A stretch of DNA of 64,000 bases, taken from the IMG/VR virus record IMGVR_UViG_2925939204_000001; one strand, 5' to 3'. The notes under the pieces are model-generated. The model saw only the letters and a list, made by a program, of their open reading frames with translations, had not been told where the DNA came from and did no database searches. The stretch comes from a virus (Duplodnaviria; Heunggongvirae; Uroviricota; Caudoviricetes). Position numbers and translations under genes: made by a program. Shown here piece by piece: positions 63,483 to 64,000 of this stretch. Within the stretch, counting starts at the first letter, position 1; each line of letters opens with the position of its first letter.

Positions 63483-64000
63483 GTATAGTAACGCAAGAGC
63501 ACGCTTTGGCACCGTGCAGGCCAAAGTTCAGCAGGTTTAGTGCGGAAAGTGGTTTCAGAGAGAGCACTTTGCGGAGTAAACGACAATACATGTTGAGCCA
63601 CGGAAGGTCTTTTTAAGGTGTTCATTGATGATGGTCCGGCAGAGAGTAACGGTACATGCTGCATCTAATCATCAATGCACATCTTCAACATTAAGGAGGC
63701 ATAGGGATTTTTGTGGCGGTTACCTTTTGCCCTGAGTCTCCTTAATGTTGCGGTAATGCACCTATGCGGATGTGGCCTTGCATTGTGTCTTGAAAGAATG
63801 GGGTAAGGCCGGGGATATCCCCAGGGGGAGGCACCCCCGCTGCAACGAACAGCCACAGACGGCAGTCGAGTGATGGGAACGTGCAAAGACTTTAAACCTC
63901 GTTATGGCTGGCGTGGCAAACGCGACAACCGAGACAGAGCGGTGACGGGCGGAGAGAGTGCCGCATCAAGAAAGAAGCCGACTTGTGATCCCTTTCAGCG

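Noticed and set aside
63467-63886. Two minus-strand ORFs (65 and 73 aa) in the terminal structured region
   Set aside because: Pro/Arg/His-rich, no start context, and they run through the nested inverted repeats; region is more consistent with structured RNA or regulatory DNA
1-64000. tRNA, rRNA and integrase genes
   Set aside because: No T-loop-containing cloverleaf candidates, no rRNA-like conserved stretches and no tyrosine-integrase motif recognised by eye; a tRNA scan could still find something

Overview
The window reads as one contiguous ~64 kb piece of a P1-like temperate myovirus maintained as a plasmid (phage-plasmid). All calls were made by eye from the sequence and ORF track; product names rest on motif recognition from memory, not database searches. 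Directly visible: an iteron-controlled RepA replicon (at least 10 copies of a ~19-bp TGAGGGCAAATCTTACACC-type iteron flanking repA, 26.8-28.2 kb); two adjacent partition cassettes (ParA plus RHH protein, and actin-like ParM plus ParR with phased TTGAGAA repeats); a HigB/HigA toxin-antitoxin pair followed by a second HigA-like HTH gene and a strongly AT-rich two-TM membrane protein; host-like cargo genes glnS and rdgC; a bifunctional C5-cytosine/Dam-like methyltransferase; a 2303-aa methyltransferase-helicase (DarB-like) and a putative DarA-like operon; virion genes (capsid with Ig-like partner, sheath, tape-measure-like protein with 6 x 75-bp repeats, 996-aa tail fibre with 300-bp tandem repeats, tail-to-tail tail-fibre-assembly genes, one with an in-frame amber codon); an IS200/IS605-family TnpB-only element; and two paralogous c4/icd/ant-type antisense-RNA immunity loci whose recognition sites co-vary. 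Two dispersed motifs (TGTGTTAGAAAA operator-like sites and AAATCACA-N7-TANNNT late-promoter-like sites) appear to organise regulation. The best candidates for something undescribed are the AT-rich membrane protein with its HTH partner, the duplicated immunity loci, and three small DUF2829-like (Tad2-like) proteins. No tRNA, rRNA, CRISPR array, integrase or invertase was recognised.
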